A DNA stretch of 64,000 nucleotides, from positions 3,200,001 through 3,264,000 of the forward strand of contig OY970303.1 in NCBI GenBank assembly GCA_963716255.1, given 5' to 3'. This document shows, piece after piece, positions 10,452-19,647 of the stretch. Positions within the stretch are counted from its first letter, which is position 1; each line of letters begins with the position of its first letter. The translations under genes and the position numbers were made by a program. The DNA comes from an uncultured Gemmatimonadales bacterium (GTDB taxonomy: Bacteria > Gemmatimonadota > Gemmatimonadetes > Longimicrobiales > Longimicrobiaceae). The notes beneath the pieces are model-generated. The model saw only the letters and a list, made by a program, of their open reading frames with translations. It ran no database searches and was not told the origin of the DNA.

Positions 10452-10942
10452 GGTCTCTCCGTGTGGGGTGTGTGCCGGCGCAGGGCCGGGTGGCGGTGCG
10501 CCAGCGCGAGGCCCAGGAGCCCGAGCTGCGCCAGGGCGCCGGGGGCGAGGGCGGGGGTGGCGCCGTGCAGCGCGGCCCAGAACAGCGCCGTGCCGCGCAG
10601 CGAGGCGTCGGACTCCAGCTCCCACTCCACGTTGCCGCGGAAGTGAAGGTACACGCCCAGCGTGCCCGCGGCCACGAACAGCGCCATCACGGCCTGGAAG
10701 GGCCGCAGGGTGCGGGGGGAGGGGCGCAGCGCCACCGCCGCGGCGCAGGCGAAGCCCAGGCCCAGCGCCGCCAGCGGGACCCACTGCCACGCCGACTCGG
10801 TGTGCTCCAGCAGCACCAGCTCGGCCAGGAGCCCCGCCATTCCCAGGAGCACCAGACCCAGCAGCAGGCGCCGCAGGGACCCGGCCTCTCCGCCCCACCC
10901 CGCCGCCGCAGCAGCGTCCCCGCCGCTCGCCTGTCCCGTCAC
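10448..10942 (-). CDS. Hypothetical membrane protein
   Basis: Four hydrophobic segments; stop overlaps the next start (ATGA). Confidence 0.7.
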   Translation of the reverse strand: MTGQASGGDAAAAAGWGGEAGSLRRLLLGLVLLGMAGLLAELVLLEHTESAWQWVPLAALGLGFACAAAVALRPSPRTLRPFQAVMALFVAAGTLGVYLHFRGNVEWELESDASLRGTALFWAALHGATPALAPGALAQLGLLGLALAHRHPALRRHTPHTERP

Positions 10943-11040
10943 GCTCCCCCTTTCCCTGCCGCCGGGTGTGGATGTGGCCGCCGCGCGGCGGCCGCCCTTG
11001 CCATCCGGACACGCGGGCCGCGCGATCCGTTGGCCGCGGG

Positions 11041-12399
11041 TCAGCCGGCGGCCTGCAGCGGGAGCCGCACGGTGAACACCGCGCCCCGCCCGGGCTCGCT
11101 CGCCACGGCGATGTCGCCGCCCAGCAGGTGCACGAGGCGGCGCGAGATGGAGAGCCCCAGCCCGGTGCCCCCCGCCTCGCGGGTGTTGGGGGGCTGCGCC
11201 TGCCAGAACGGCTCCCAGATGCGCTCCAGGTCCCCGGGCGCGATCCCCACGCCGGTGTCGCGCACGTGCAGCAGCGCGGCGGGCCCGTCCGGCTCCACCT
11301 CCAGCGCCACCTCGCCGCGGGCGGTGAACTTGATCGCGTTGAAGAGCAGGTTCACCAGCACCTGCCGCAGCTTGCCCCGGTCGGTGACGGCGGAGAGCGG
11401 CCGGTCCGGGACCCGCACGCGGAGCGCGAGCCCCTTCCTGCGGGCCAGCGGCTGAACGAACGCCGCCGCCTCGCGCGCCACCTCGGCCACGTCCGCGTCG
11501 GTGGGGCGCGCCACCTCCTCACCCGTCTCGATGCGGGTGAAGGAAAGGATCTCCTCGATCAGGGTGAGGAGGTGGCGCGCGGCCTGGTCGATGCGGTCCA
11601 CGTGGGAGCGCGTCCCCTCCGAGAGCGGCTCCGGCACCCCCATCAGCAGCAGCTCCGCGTACCCCATCACCGCGGTGAGCGGGGTGCGCAGCTCGTGCGA
11701 CATCACGGCCAGGAAGTCGGCCTTGGTGCGGTTGGCGCGCTCCGCCTCGGCGCGGGCCTCGCTCTCGGCGGCCAGCAGCCGCTGCCGCTCCGCCGCCTCC
11801 CGCTTGCGTGCCGTGATGTCGTGCAGCGAGAGCACCGCGCCCTGCACCCGCCCTGCCTGGCGGATGGGGGTGCAGGAGCAGAACACGGGAAAGAACTCGC
11901 CGCTCTGGCGGATCCACACGTCCTCCAGCTCCCGGATGGCGGGGCCGCCCCGCAGCACGCTCCCCAGCGGGCACTCCGAGAGGGGAAACGGCGAGCCGTC
12001 CGGGTGCAGGTAGTGGACGGCGTCGTGAAGCACCCGGCCCAGGAGCTCCTCCCGGCGCCATCCCAGCACCTCCTCGGCCGCCGGGTTCATGTAGGTGAGG
12101 CGCCCGTGGGCGTCCATCACGCACAGTCCCTCGGCCACGTGCTCGGTGACCGCCTGCACGAAGTGGCGCGGGTCGTCCAGCGGAGGGAGCGGCGCGTCCT
12201 CCTCCTCCGCGGCGGCGGCGCGGGCCAGCGCGTCCACGTCCAGCCGGCGGACGGCGTCGACCGCCGCCTCCGCGGCGCCCTCGGCGCACAGGCCGGACAT
12301 GGCGGCGTCCGCGTACCCCTCCTGCGCCGCGCGGACGCAGGTGCGGCGGACCGCCTCGGCGACGCGGAGCGCGAGCTCCGTGGATCTGGTTTCGGCCAT
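11041..12399 (-). CDS. PAS-domain sensor histidine kinase with a small N-terminal helical domain
   Basis: PAS, MSHELRTPL H-box, NLLFNAIKF, DTGVG and GTGLGL motifs. Confidence 0.88.
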   Translation of the reverse strand: MAETRSTELALRVAEAVRRTCVRAAQEGYADAAMSGLCAEGAAEAAVDAVRRLDVDALARAAAAEEEDAPLPPLDDPRHFVQAVTEHVAEGLCVMDAHGRLTYMNPAAEEVLGWRREELLGRVLHDAVHYLHPDGSPFPLSECPLGSVLRGGPAIRELEDVWIRQSGEFFPVFCSCTPIRQAGRVQGAVLSLHDITARKREAAERQRLLAAESEARAEAERANRTKADFLAVMSHELRTPLTAVMGYAELLLMGVPEPLSEGTRSHVDRIDQAARHLLTLIEEILSFTRIETGEEVARPTDADVAEVAREAAAFVQPLARRKGLALRVRVPDRPLSAVTDRGKLRQVLVNLLFNAIKFTARGEVALEVEPDGPAALLHVRDTGVGIAPGDLERIWEPFWQAQPPNTREAGGTGLGLSISRRLVHLLGGDIAVASEPGRGAVFTVRLPLQAAG

Positions 12400-12461
12400 G
12401 CGTCCAGCGAGGGTTCCGGCGGCGGTCGGCGACGCCCGCCCGTCTGCACGTTCCCTGCCCG

Positions 12462-13676
12462 TCACGCGGCGGCGAGCGCCGCGCGCACCCGTGCCGCCAG
12501 CTCCGGGGGGTCGGAGGCGCCCACCGCCACCTCCGGCGTCCCGTGCCAGGCGGCGCACTCCCGCAGCGCCCGCGCCAGGTCGTCCGCGAGCCCCGCGGTG
12601 ACGCGCACCCCCGGCTCCAGGTGCAGGGCGCGCACTTCGAACACGCCCTCGCGCCGGTGGGCCTTGGGGTCCAGCCGCGCCACCAGCGCGCCCCGCCGCA
12701 GCACGGGGAGCACGAAGTAGCCGAAGCGCCGCCTGGGCGCCGGGGTGTAGCACTCCAGCCGGTAGTCGAACCCCCACAGCTCGCGCCCGCGCGCCCGGTC
12801 CCACACCAGCGGGTCGAAGGGGGAGAGCAGCGTGGTGAGCCGCGGCCGGATCTCCCCCGCGGCGGCCCGCTCCGCCGTCGCCCGGTGGTCCGGGTGCAGG
12901 TACGCGGGCTCCGGCCACCCCTCCACCTCCACCCGCAGCAGCGCCCCCTCGTCGGCGAGCCGCGCCGCGACCGCCGGCGTGGTGCGCTTCGGCATGCGGA
13001 AGTAGTCCGCCACCCAGCGGGGCCTCGCCACCCCCAGGGCGCGCACCGCCTGGAGGACCAGCGTGCGGTCCGCGTCCTCCCGCGGGGGGAGGAGGGCGTC
13101 GTCCCACCCCGGGAGCACCCGCTCGCGGAGGTCGTACACCCGCTGGAAGCGCTCCCGCCGCGCGATCATCAGCTCCCCCGCGGTGAACAGCGACTCCAGC
13201 ATGCGCTTCTCCGGCTTCCACTCCCACCACCCGCCCGCCCTGCCGTCCGTGCGCTCGAAGTCCGCCGAGCGCACCGGGCCGCGCTCCCGCACCGTCGCCA
13301 GCAGCCGGTCCACCTCGTCGCGCTTCGCCATCAGCGCGCGCGAGTACTTCCACCCCATTCCGGCCGCCTCGAACATGCGGTGCCGGTACAGCGCGAAGTC
13401 CTCCACGGGAAGGAAGCACGCCTCGTGCGCCCAGTACTCGAAGAGCTTTCCCTCCGCCAGCAGCTCCTCCAGCCAGTTCAGCGGAAAGTCGCCCAGGCGG
13501 CTCCAGAGCACCAGGTAGGGGCTGCGCGCAACCACGTGGATGGTGTCGATCTGGAGCGCGCCCATGCGCCGGATCGCGGCCAGCACGTCCGGCTTCGTGG
13601 CCCTCTTCCGCGGCCGGGCGTCGAGCCCCTGGGCCGCCAGCGCTAGCGTACGCGCCGCCTCCTGCGTCAGACGCAT
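12462..13676 (-). CDS. ycaQ: HTH_42 family DNA crosslink repair glycosylase, YcaQ-like
   Basis: LQIDTIHVVARSPYLVLWSRLG (QxD), FEYWAHEAC, LLSPFDPLVWDR and RRFGYFVLP motifs. Confidence 0.85.
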   Translation of the reverse strand: MRLTQEAARTLALAAQGLDARPRKRATKPDVLAAIRRMGALQIDTIHVVARSPYLVLWSRLGDFPLNWLEELLAEGKLFEYWAHEACFLPVEDFALYRHRMFEAAGMGWKYSRALMAKRDEVDRLLATVRERGPVRSADFERTDGRAGGWWEWKPEKRMLESLFTAGELMIARRERFQRVYDLRERVLPGWDDALLPPREDADRTLVLQAVRALGVARPRWVADYFRMPKRTTPAVAARLADEGALLRVEVEGWPEPAYLHPDHRATAERAAAGEIRPRLTTLLSPFDPLVWDRARGRELWGFDYRLECYTPAPRRRFGYFVLPVLRRGALVARLDPKAHRREGVFEVRALHLEPGVRVTAGLADDLARALRECAAWHGTPEVAVGASDPPELAARVRAALAAA

Positions 13677-13717
13677 CGTCGTTTCGATGTCGTGTAAAAA
13701 GAAAACCGCTTCACCGC

Positions 13718-13853
13718 GGGTTCGGGCGTGCCCCCGGCTGGCGCCGGGGTCGGGCTTCGGCTCCGTAAGCCCGCAAACAACGCGGGCTAACGGAGTCGAG
13801 CCCCGCGAAACTGCCCGCGGGTCTCGCCCCTTCGGGCCGAAATCCCTCACGCG
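13718..13853 (-). repeat. Structured dispersed repeat, copy 4
   Basis: Reverse complement matches the consensus; arms CCCGCG and AGCCCGC. Confidence 0.95.
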
Positions 13854-13859
13854 ACGGCA

Positions 13860-13946
13860 GGCCCCCTTCCCCCGGCCCCCTCTTGCGGGGAGGGGTGGGG
13901 GGAGGGGGTCCGCTGTTGCAGGCTGTTCCCTGTTCCCTATCCGTTC
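13860..13946 (-). repeat. Second repeat family (AGGGAAC tandem plus CCCTCCCC/GGGG palindrome)
   Basis: Shares the 24-mer AGGGAACAGGGAACAGCCTGCAAC and CCCTCCCCGCAAG with 58686-58765. Confidence 0.8.
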
Positions 13947-13947
13947 C

Positions 13948-14901
13948 TCACAGCTTCCGCAGCCTCACGCGCTCCACCTGGTGCGCGTCGCCTTTTTCCA
14001 GCACCAGCGTGGCGCGCTCGCGGGTGGGGAGCACGTTTTCGCGCAGGTTGACGGCGTTTATGGTGGCCCACACGTGGTGGGCGAAGGCGTCCGCTTCGGC
14101 CTCGGGCATGGCGGCGTAGCGGTGGAAGTAGGAATCCGGGTCGCGGAAGGCGGTCTCCCGCAGGCGCTGGAAGCGCTGCAGGAACCAGTGCTCCAGCTTG
14201 GCCTCCGGCGCGTCGATGTACAGCGAGAAGTCGATGAAGTCCGAGACGAACACGCGCGGGGGGCGGCCGTCGGCGCCGCCGGCCTGGAGCACGTTCAGCC
14301 CTTCCAGGATCAGGATGTCCGGCTGGCGCACCAGCATCTCGGCGCCCGGGACGATGTCGTACACCAGGTGCGAGTACACCGGGGCGCGCACCTCGCCGCG
14401 GCCCGACTTGACGTCGGCGAGGAAGCGGACCAGGCGCCGCACGTCGTAGCTCTCGGGGAAGCCCTTGCGGTGCATGATCCCCCGCGCCTCCAGCACCCGG
14501 TTGGGGAAGAGGAAGCCGTCCGTGGTCACCAGGTCCACGCGCGGGTGGTCGGGCCAGCGCGCCAGCAGTGCCTGCAGCACCCGCGAGGTCGTGCTCTTCC
14601 CCCCGGCCACGCTCCCCGCCACGGCGACCACGTACGGCACCTTCGCCGCCGGGTGGCCCAGGAAGGTGTCGGTGACGCGGTGCAGCTGCTGCGCGGCCGC
14701 CACGTACAGGTTGAGCAGGCGCGACAGCGGGAGGTAGATGTCCGTCACCTCCTCCATGGACACGTACTCCTCCGCGCTGCGCAGGGCGGCCAGGTCGTCC
14801 TCGGCCAGCGTCAGCGGCGTGTTGCCGCGCAGCCGCGACCACTCCTCGCGCGCGAAGGAGATGTAGGGCGAGTAGCCGTTGCTTGCCTGGGTGCGGGCCA
14901 T
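13948..14901 (-). CDS. coaA: Type I pantothenate kinase
   Basis: [11 protein letters not shown]-loop, [21 protein letters not shown] and ILEGLNVLQ motifs. Confidence 0.96.
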   Translation of the reverse strand: MARTQASNGYSPYISFAREEWSRLRGNTPLTLAEDDLAALRSAEEYVSMEEVTDIYLPLSRLLNLYVAAAQQLHRVTDTFLGHPAAKVPYVVAVAGSVAGGKSTTSRVLQALLARWPDHPRVDLVTTDGFLFPNRVLEARGIMHRKGFPESYDVRRLVRFLADVKSGRGEVRAPVYSHLVYDIVPGAEMLVRQPDILILEGLNVLQAGGADGRPPRVFVSDFIDFSLYIDAPEAKLEHWFLQRFQRLRETAFRDPDSYFHRYAAMPEAEADAFAHHVWATINAVNLRENVLPTRERATLVLEKGDAHQVERVRLRKL

Positions 14902-14955
14902 GGTGCGGGGGTCCGGTGTCGTCGCCCGCCGCGGAGGGCGGCGGGGCGCTTCAGT

Positions 14956-15291
14956 CTACGCGGGCGAGGACACCCAGAACAGGTATGCCAGGAGGGGAAG
15001 GGCGGGGAGGAGGGGGACGGCGCTCAGCAGCGCCGCCCGCCCGTAGCGCCGCCGCGCGTACGCGAGCCACGCGGCCGCCGCGCACCCCAGCGGGAGCAGC
15101 GGGTACGACCACACCACCCCCATGAACACCCGCGGCGCCACGGCCTCCGCCGAGAGCGGCGTGTCGAACGCCACGATGGAGGTCCCCGCCACCGCCAGCC
15201 AGGGCAGGAGCGAGGCCAGCGCGAGGAGCTGGCTCGCCACCAGCCAGACGAGGGTCCTCCGGGAGCCGGGCGCGTCGGGGTGTGGCTGCAT
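14956..15291 (-). CDS. Small hypothetical membrane protein
   Basis: Three hydrophobic segments; start uncertain. Confidence 0.6.
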   Translation of the reverse strand: MQPHPDAPGSRRTLVWLVASQLLALASLLPWLAVAGTSIVAFDTPLSAEAVAPRVFMGVVWSYPLLPLGCAAAAWLAYARRRYGRAALLSAVPLLPALPLLAYLFWVSSPA

Positions 15292-15423
15292 GGGCCGGGG
15301 GTGAGGGGACGGGGCGCGGCGCGGGCGGGCGGAAAAGATCGGTGGCGCGGGGCGCGGGCGCAACGCCGGCCCGTCCCGCGGGGCCGGAGAGCCGCCCCGA
15401 CCGCGAGAACGGGCCGCGGAGGC

Positions 15424-15452
15424 TTGAGCTTTCCGCAGGAAGCGTTTAGATT
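15424..15452 (+). promoter_or_regulatory. Sigma70-type promoter of the tRNA pair
   Basis: TTGAGC-17 nt-TAGATT, 25 nt upstream of tRNA-Val. Confidence 0.65.
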
Positions 15453-15477
15453 GCCCGTCCGCGCGGTTCCGCGGAAC

Positions 15478-15551
15478 GGTCGATTAGCTCAGTTGGTTAG
15501 AGCGCTCGCCTCACATGCGAGAGGTCCGGGGTTCGAGTCCCTGATCGACCA
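15478..15551 (+). tRNA. tRNA-Val(CAC)
   Basis: GGTCGAT/ATCGACC acceptor stem, CTCGC-CT CAC AT-GCGAG anticodon arm, GGTTCGAGTCC T-arm; CCA not encoded. Confidence 0.95.
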
Positions 15552-15559
15552 CTGGTGCC

Positions 15560-15632
15560 GGGGATGTAGCTCAGATGGGAGAGCGCTGCAATCGCACTGC
15601 AGAGGTCAGGGGTTCGATTCCCCTCATCTCCA
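15560..15632 (+). tRNA. tRNA-Ala(CGC)
   Basis: GGGGATG/CATCTCC acceptor stem with G3.U70, CTGCA-AT CGC AC-TGCAG anticodon arm; CCA not encoded. Confidence 0.95.
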
Positions 15633-15652
15633 TCCGGTCGAAGAGAAAGCAG

Positions 15653-15692
15653 GCCCCGCCGTGGCAGACGCCGCGGCGGGGCTTTCTCTTTT
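15653..15692 (+). terminator. Intrinsic terminator after the tRNAs
   Basis: GCCCCGCCGTGGC-AGAC-GCCGCGGCGGGGC hairpin followed by TTTCTCTTTT. Confidence 0.8.
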
Positions 15693-15711
15693 GGCCGTTC
15701 CGCCACGCAGT

Positions 15712-15849
15712 CGCGTGAGGGATTTCGGCCCGAAGGGGCGAGACCCGGCGGGGCTGTTTCCGCCGGGGCTCGACTCCGTTGCAGACGGTCGTTTCGTCTG
15801 CTACGGAGCCGAAGCCCGACCCCGCGCCAGCGGGGGCACGCCCGAACCC
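15712..15849 (+). repeat. Structured dispersed repeat, copy 5
   Basis: Consensus match; arms CCCGGCGG and GCAGACG. Confidence 0.95.
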
Positions 15850-15874
15850 GGCTGTTCGACCCGCGGATCCGGAA

Positions 15875-17356
15875 TCAGTCGAGCGTCTGCGCGGACACCG
15901 CCGGGATGGACTCGGTCCAGAGGAGCTGGCTGGTGGCCGCGGAAACGTCGCCGCCGAACTTCACCTGGTAGTACGAGGCCGTCCCCGTGCCGTCCGCGGC
16001 CAGCTCCAGGACGGTGTAGCCGCTGGCCCACACCAGGTCGTCGGGCTGCGACTGCACGAAGCCGTTGGGGAAGGGGATCGACCCGCCCGGCGAGGACGTG
16101 GCGGGCTGCAGCGGGATGCTGTCCGTCCCGGGGGTGTACCCGGCCGAGTCGGTGAAGACGGGGAAGGCGCCGTTCCCCACGCAGCGGCCCACCACCGGGA
16201 GCGGGCCGGGGACCTGGTACACCTCCAGCACGTGCTCGTGGCCCCAGAGCCACGCGGCGATCCCCGGGGCCGGGGTGACGGCGCGCCACGCGTCCAGGTT
16301 GCTCGCCAGCGAGGGGTTCTGCCAGAGCCCGCCGATCTGCTCGAAGGCGGAGAAGAGCTGGTGGTGCGAGAACAGGATCACCCGGCGTCCCCCGGCGCCC
16401 GCGAGCTGCGCCTGGTGCCAGGCCGCCTCGTCGCTGCGGAGGTGCGTGTCGTCCCTGGCCACGTGCAGCAGGTCGCTGTCGTTGTAGCCGGTGTCCATCC
16501 CCTGCAGCTGCCAGGCGGCGTTCCGCAGGCAGAAGAAGCTGTTCGCCTGCACCGACGCGCCGGGGACGCCCTGGTTGAGCCGGGCCAGCATCCCGTAGAA
16601 CCCCGCGCCGCCGCTGTAGTAGTCGTGGTTTCCCGGCAGGGCGTAGACGGGGACGTCGCGCCCGTACTTCTGCCGCGCGTCGGCGAGGGGGACGAGGAAG
16701 TTGGAGTTCTGCTCGTCCTCCGTCCCCGCGTAGTAGACGTCGCCCACGTGGATGACCAGGTCCGGCGCCTGCCGCATGAGCTGGTCGAGCACGGCGAGCG
16801 CCTCCGGCTCGCCCGTCCCCCAGTCGCCCAGGATCCCCACCCGCAGCGTGCCGTCGGCCGCGGCGGCGGGCGGCAGGGCCATGGGCCGCGGGTCGCCGCC
16901 GGCGGGTGCCACGTACACCGGCTCGCTGCCGTCCCAGTAGTACCCGAGCCAGTCCTCCACCGCCTGCAGCCACCCCGTGGCGTCGCACGGGCTGTCGGTC
17001 CATTCGCTGCGGATCATGCTCATCCCGGCGGTGTCGTCCAGCGACCAGGCGATCACGTAGCGGACGAGCAGGTCCGTGCAGTCCCCGGCGAGGCCCTCGG
17101 GAGCCGCCACGGCCACGCCCTGCGCCGCCTGGGCGGCGCGGCGGGCCCGGTAGGCGGCGTCCGCCGTTGCCGCGTCCCGGATCTCGCCGCGGTACACGCG
17201 CTCCAGCACCGCGCTCGCGGCCTGCATCTGCGGGTGGCTGGCGAAGAGCCCCGAGGCGGGCGCGTCCGGCGTCCGCTTCGCCACCTGCTCGCGGATGCAC
17301 GACTGGGCCACGGAAAGGCGTGCGTCGTGGAAGTTGGGGGTGCGGACGCGCGGCAT
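15875..17356 (-). CDS. Calcineurin-like metallophosphoesterase
   Basis: GDWGTG, HVGDVYY, PGNHDYY, FSHH and WGHEH motifs. Confidence 0.88.
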   Translation of the reverse strand: MPRVRTPNFHDARLSVAQSCIREQVAKRTPDAPASGLFASHPQMQAASAVLERVYRGEIRDAATADAAYRARRAAQAAQGVAVAAPEGLAGDCTDLLVRYVIAWSLDDTAGMSMIRSEWTDSPCDATGWLQAVEDWLGYYWDGSEPVYVAPAGGDPRPMALPPAAAADGTLRVGILGDWGTGEPEALAVLDQLMRQAPDLVIHVGDVYYAGTEDEQNSNFLVPLADARQKYGRDVPVYALPGNHDYYSGGAGFYGMLARLNQGVPGASVQANSFFCLRNAAWQLQGMDTGYNDSDLLHVARDDTHLRSDEAAWHQAQLAGAGGRRVILFSHHQLFSAFEQIGGLWQNPSLASNLDAWRAVTPAPGIAAWLWGHEHVLEVYQVPGPLPVVGRCVGNGAFPVFTDSAGYTPGTDSIPLQPATSSPGGSIPFPNGFVQSQPDDLVWASGYTVLELAADGTGTASYYQVKFGGDVSAATSQLLWTESIPAVSAQTLD

Positions 17357-17636
17357 GGCGGCCTCCGGTGGGGAGAGGTGGGGGAGCGGTCGGAGGGGTG
17401 GAGCTTTCCGGCGGACCGGGTCCGCTCCGAATGATGCGCTCTGCCCTGCGGGGGGGCAACGCTGACGAGGGCGCCGGGGCCCGCCCGTCCGGCGGGCGGC
17501 GGCCCACGCTGCACCGGCGAGGCAGGCCGGCGCCGGGATGCCGGAAGCCCCGCAGTGGCGTTTGCCGCGGCGGGGCTTCTTGTCGCTCGTTTCCCAAGCT
17601 GCGGCTGAAGGTCGGCGCTCCCGGACGCGCAGCCGT

Positions 17637-17669
17637 CGCGTGAGGGATTACGGCCCGAAGGGGCGAGAC
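17637..17669 (+). repeat. Structured dispersed repeat, copy 6 left part (interrupted by the IS)
   Basis: CGCGTGAGGGATTACGGCCCGAAGGGGCGAGAC then IS left end. Confidence 0.9.
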
Positions 17670-18996
17670 GGTATGGACCGGGTAGATTGTTGACAGAATA
17701 GACCGGGAGGATGGTTGACACGGTAGCTTACGCGCTCGCCCACACCTAGGGAGAGCCATGCCGTGGAGACAGACCAACCCGATGGATGAGCGGATGAAGT
17801 TCGTCGTTCTCGCACAGGAGGGGCTCTACAGCATGACGGAGCTGTGCGAGCGGTTCGGCATCAGTCGCCAGGCCGGATACACTCGGCTGCACCGCTACGA
17901 GCAGGAGGGAATTGCGGGGCTGGCTTCCGGCAGCCATGCACCGAAGTCCTGTCCGCACCGCATGAAGGAGGAGGTCCGGACCGCGCTGCTGAAGGCCCGC
18001 AAAGCGCATCCGGATTGGGGCCCCCGTAAAATCCTGGTCTGGTTACGCCCGCGCCGACCCGAGTTGGAGTTGCCGGCGGCAAGCACGGTGGGAGACCTGT
18101 ACAAGCGCGAGGGGCTGGTGGAGTCTCGCCCGCACCGGCGGAAGTGGTCCCACCCGGGGCGAGTCTCGCAGACGGTGGAGGCCGCCAACCAGCTCTGGAA
18201 CGCCGACTTCAAGGGCGAGTTCCGCATGGGAGACGGGACGATGTGCTACCCGCTGACCGTCACGGACACTCACACCCGCTACCTGTTGGCCTGTGACGGA
18301 CTGAGCTCGACTGCACACAGAGGCGCCTGCGCGAGCTTTCAGCACCTCTTTCGCGAACGGGGGCTTCCGCAGGCCATCCGTAGCGACAATGGAGGACCGT
18401 TCTGCACGAAAGCCATCGCTGGGCTCTCGCGCCTGAGTGTCTGGTGGACGCAGATGGGGATCAAGCATGAGCGGATCGAGCCGGCCCATCCGGAGCAGAA
18501 CGGCTCGCATGAGCGGATGCATCGCACGCTCAAGGCGGGCACGCTGCGGCCCCCGGCAGCCAATGTCCAGGTGCAGCAGGAGCGATTCGATGCCTTCCGG
18601 CGCGAGTTCAACGAAGAGCGGCCTCACCAGGCGCTGGAGATGCAGACCCCGGGCTCGCTCTACGTGGCGTGCGAGCGAGAGATGCCGGAGCAAATCGCCC
18701 CGCCGCAGTACGCGGGGCATTGTGTGGTGCGCCGGGTGCGGGGTAACGGGATCCTGTACTTCCGCGACCGGACGATCTTCCTCAGCGAGTTGCTGATCGG
18801 GCAGGAGGTGGCGTTGGAGGAGATCGAGGACGGAGTGTGGTCGATCTACTTCTACGACCTGCTCCTGGCGCGGCTGGACGAGCGAACGGGGGAACTCTCC
18901 GGCTGACGCCGGACACCCCCCGAGGTGGAACTTGATAGACCAGAAGTGTCAAGCATCAACCCGGTCTGTGGTGTCAAGCATCAATCCGGTTGCTCA
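17670..18996 (+). mobile_element. IS481-family insertion sequence
   Basis: Two 19-bp sites per end in inverted orientation (17677-17695, 17702-17720; 18947-18965, 18972-18990); flanked by an (A)GAC direct repeat; less GC-rich than the flanks; exact ends +/- 2 nt. Confidence 0.88.
17758..18906 (+). CDS. IS481-family DDE transposase
   Basis: N-terminal HTH, HPDWGPRKI, NQLWNADFKG, IRSDNGGPF, QNGSHERMHRTLK and NEERPHQAL motifs. Confidence 0.93.
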   Translation: MPWRQTNPMDERMKFVVLAQEGLYSMTELCERFGISRQAGYTRLHRYEQEGIAGLASGSHAPKSCPHRMKEEVRTALLKARKAHPDWGPRKILVWLRPRRPELELPAASTVGDLYKREGLVESRPHRRKWSHPGRVSQTVEAANQLWNADFKGEFRMGDGTMCYPLTVTDTHTRYLLACDGLSSTAHRGACASFQHLFRERGLPQAIRSDNGGPFCTKAIAGLSRLSVWWTQMGIKHERIEPAHPEQNGSHERMHRTLKAGTLRPPAANVQVQQERFDAFRREFNEERPHQALEMQTPGSLYVACEREMPEQIAPPQYAGHCVVRRVRGNGILYFRDRTIFLSELLIGQEVALEEIEDGVWSIYFYDLLLARLDERTGELSG

Positions 18997-19101
18997 GACC
19001 GCGCGGCTGTGTGCGCGGGCTCGACTCCGTTAGCCCGCGTTGTTTGCGGGCTTACGGAGCCGAAGCCCGACCCCGGCGCCAGCCGGGGGCACGCCCAACC
19101 C
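18997..19101 (+). repeat. Structured dispersed repeat, copy 6 right part
   Basis: Resumes GACCGCGCGGCTGTGTGCGCGGGCTCGACTCC...; joined to the left part it matches the 5' half of intact copy 8. Confidence 0.9.
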
Positions 19102-19119
19102 CGCCGTAGCCGTAGCCGT

Positions 19120-19563
19120 TCAGATCCGCGACCGCTCCACCACCGGCGCCGCGCCATGCCTGTGCCCGATCATGGCGTCCACGCCGTACCGCCCCCCGCC
19201 GCGCGCGGAAAGGTACAGGAACACGAAGCAGTACAGCGCCGCCAGCTCCCCCTGGTTCTGGATGGGCCAGAAGCCGTTGGGCAGGTGCGCCATGAAGTAG
19301 GCGGCCGCCATCTGCCCCGACAGGATGAACGCCACCGGCCGGGTGAACAGCCCGAAGACGATCAGCAGCCCGCCGAAGAACTCCAGGACCCCCGCCAGCC
19401 CCATCATGGACGCCAGCGGCGCCGTGGCCCCCGGCGTCCCCCCGAACCCGCCGAACACCCCGAACAGCTTCTGGGCGCCGTGCTGCATGAACATCACCCC
19501 CGCCGCCACGCGGAGCAGCGCCAGCACCGCGTCCTCGAACCGGCTCATGAAGAATCCGTTCAT
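19120..19563 (-). CDS. DoxX family membrane protein
   Basis: LLRVAAGVMFMQHGAQKLFG, GLFTRPVAF and NQGELAALYCF motifs. Confidence 0.9.
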   Translation of the reverse strand: MNGFFMSRFEDAVLALLRVAAGVMFMQHGAQKLFGVFGGFGGTPGATAPLASMMGLAGVLEFFGGLLIVFGLFTRPVAFILSGQMAAAYFMAHLPNGFWPIQNQGELAALYCFVFLYLSARGGGRYGVDAMIGHRHGAAPVVERSRI

Positions 19564-19647
19564 CGTCCTCCGCCCCGGGTGAAGAATAAGGGGAGCCGCC
19601 CCGGCCCGGAGCGGCTCCCCACGCACTGCCGTCAACGATCGTGCCGC

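Noticed and set aside
17460..17500. CTGACGAG as a hammerhead ribozyme core
   Set aside because: No GAAA follows the candidate stem II and no stem I/III architecture is evident
15478..19100. tRNA-anchored genomic island or prophage
   Set aside because: No integrase, and no duplicated tRNA 3' end was seen in the window
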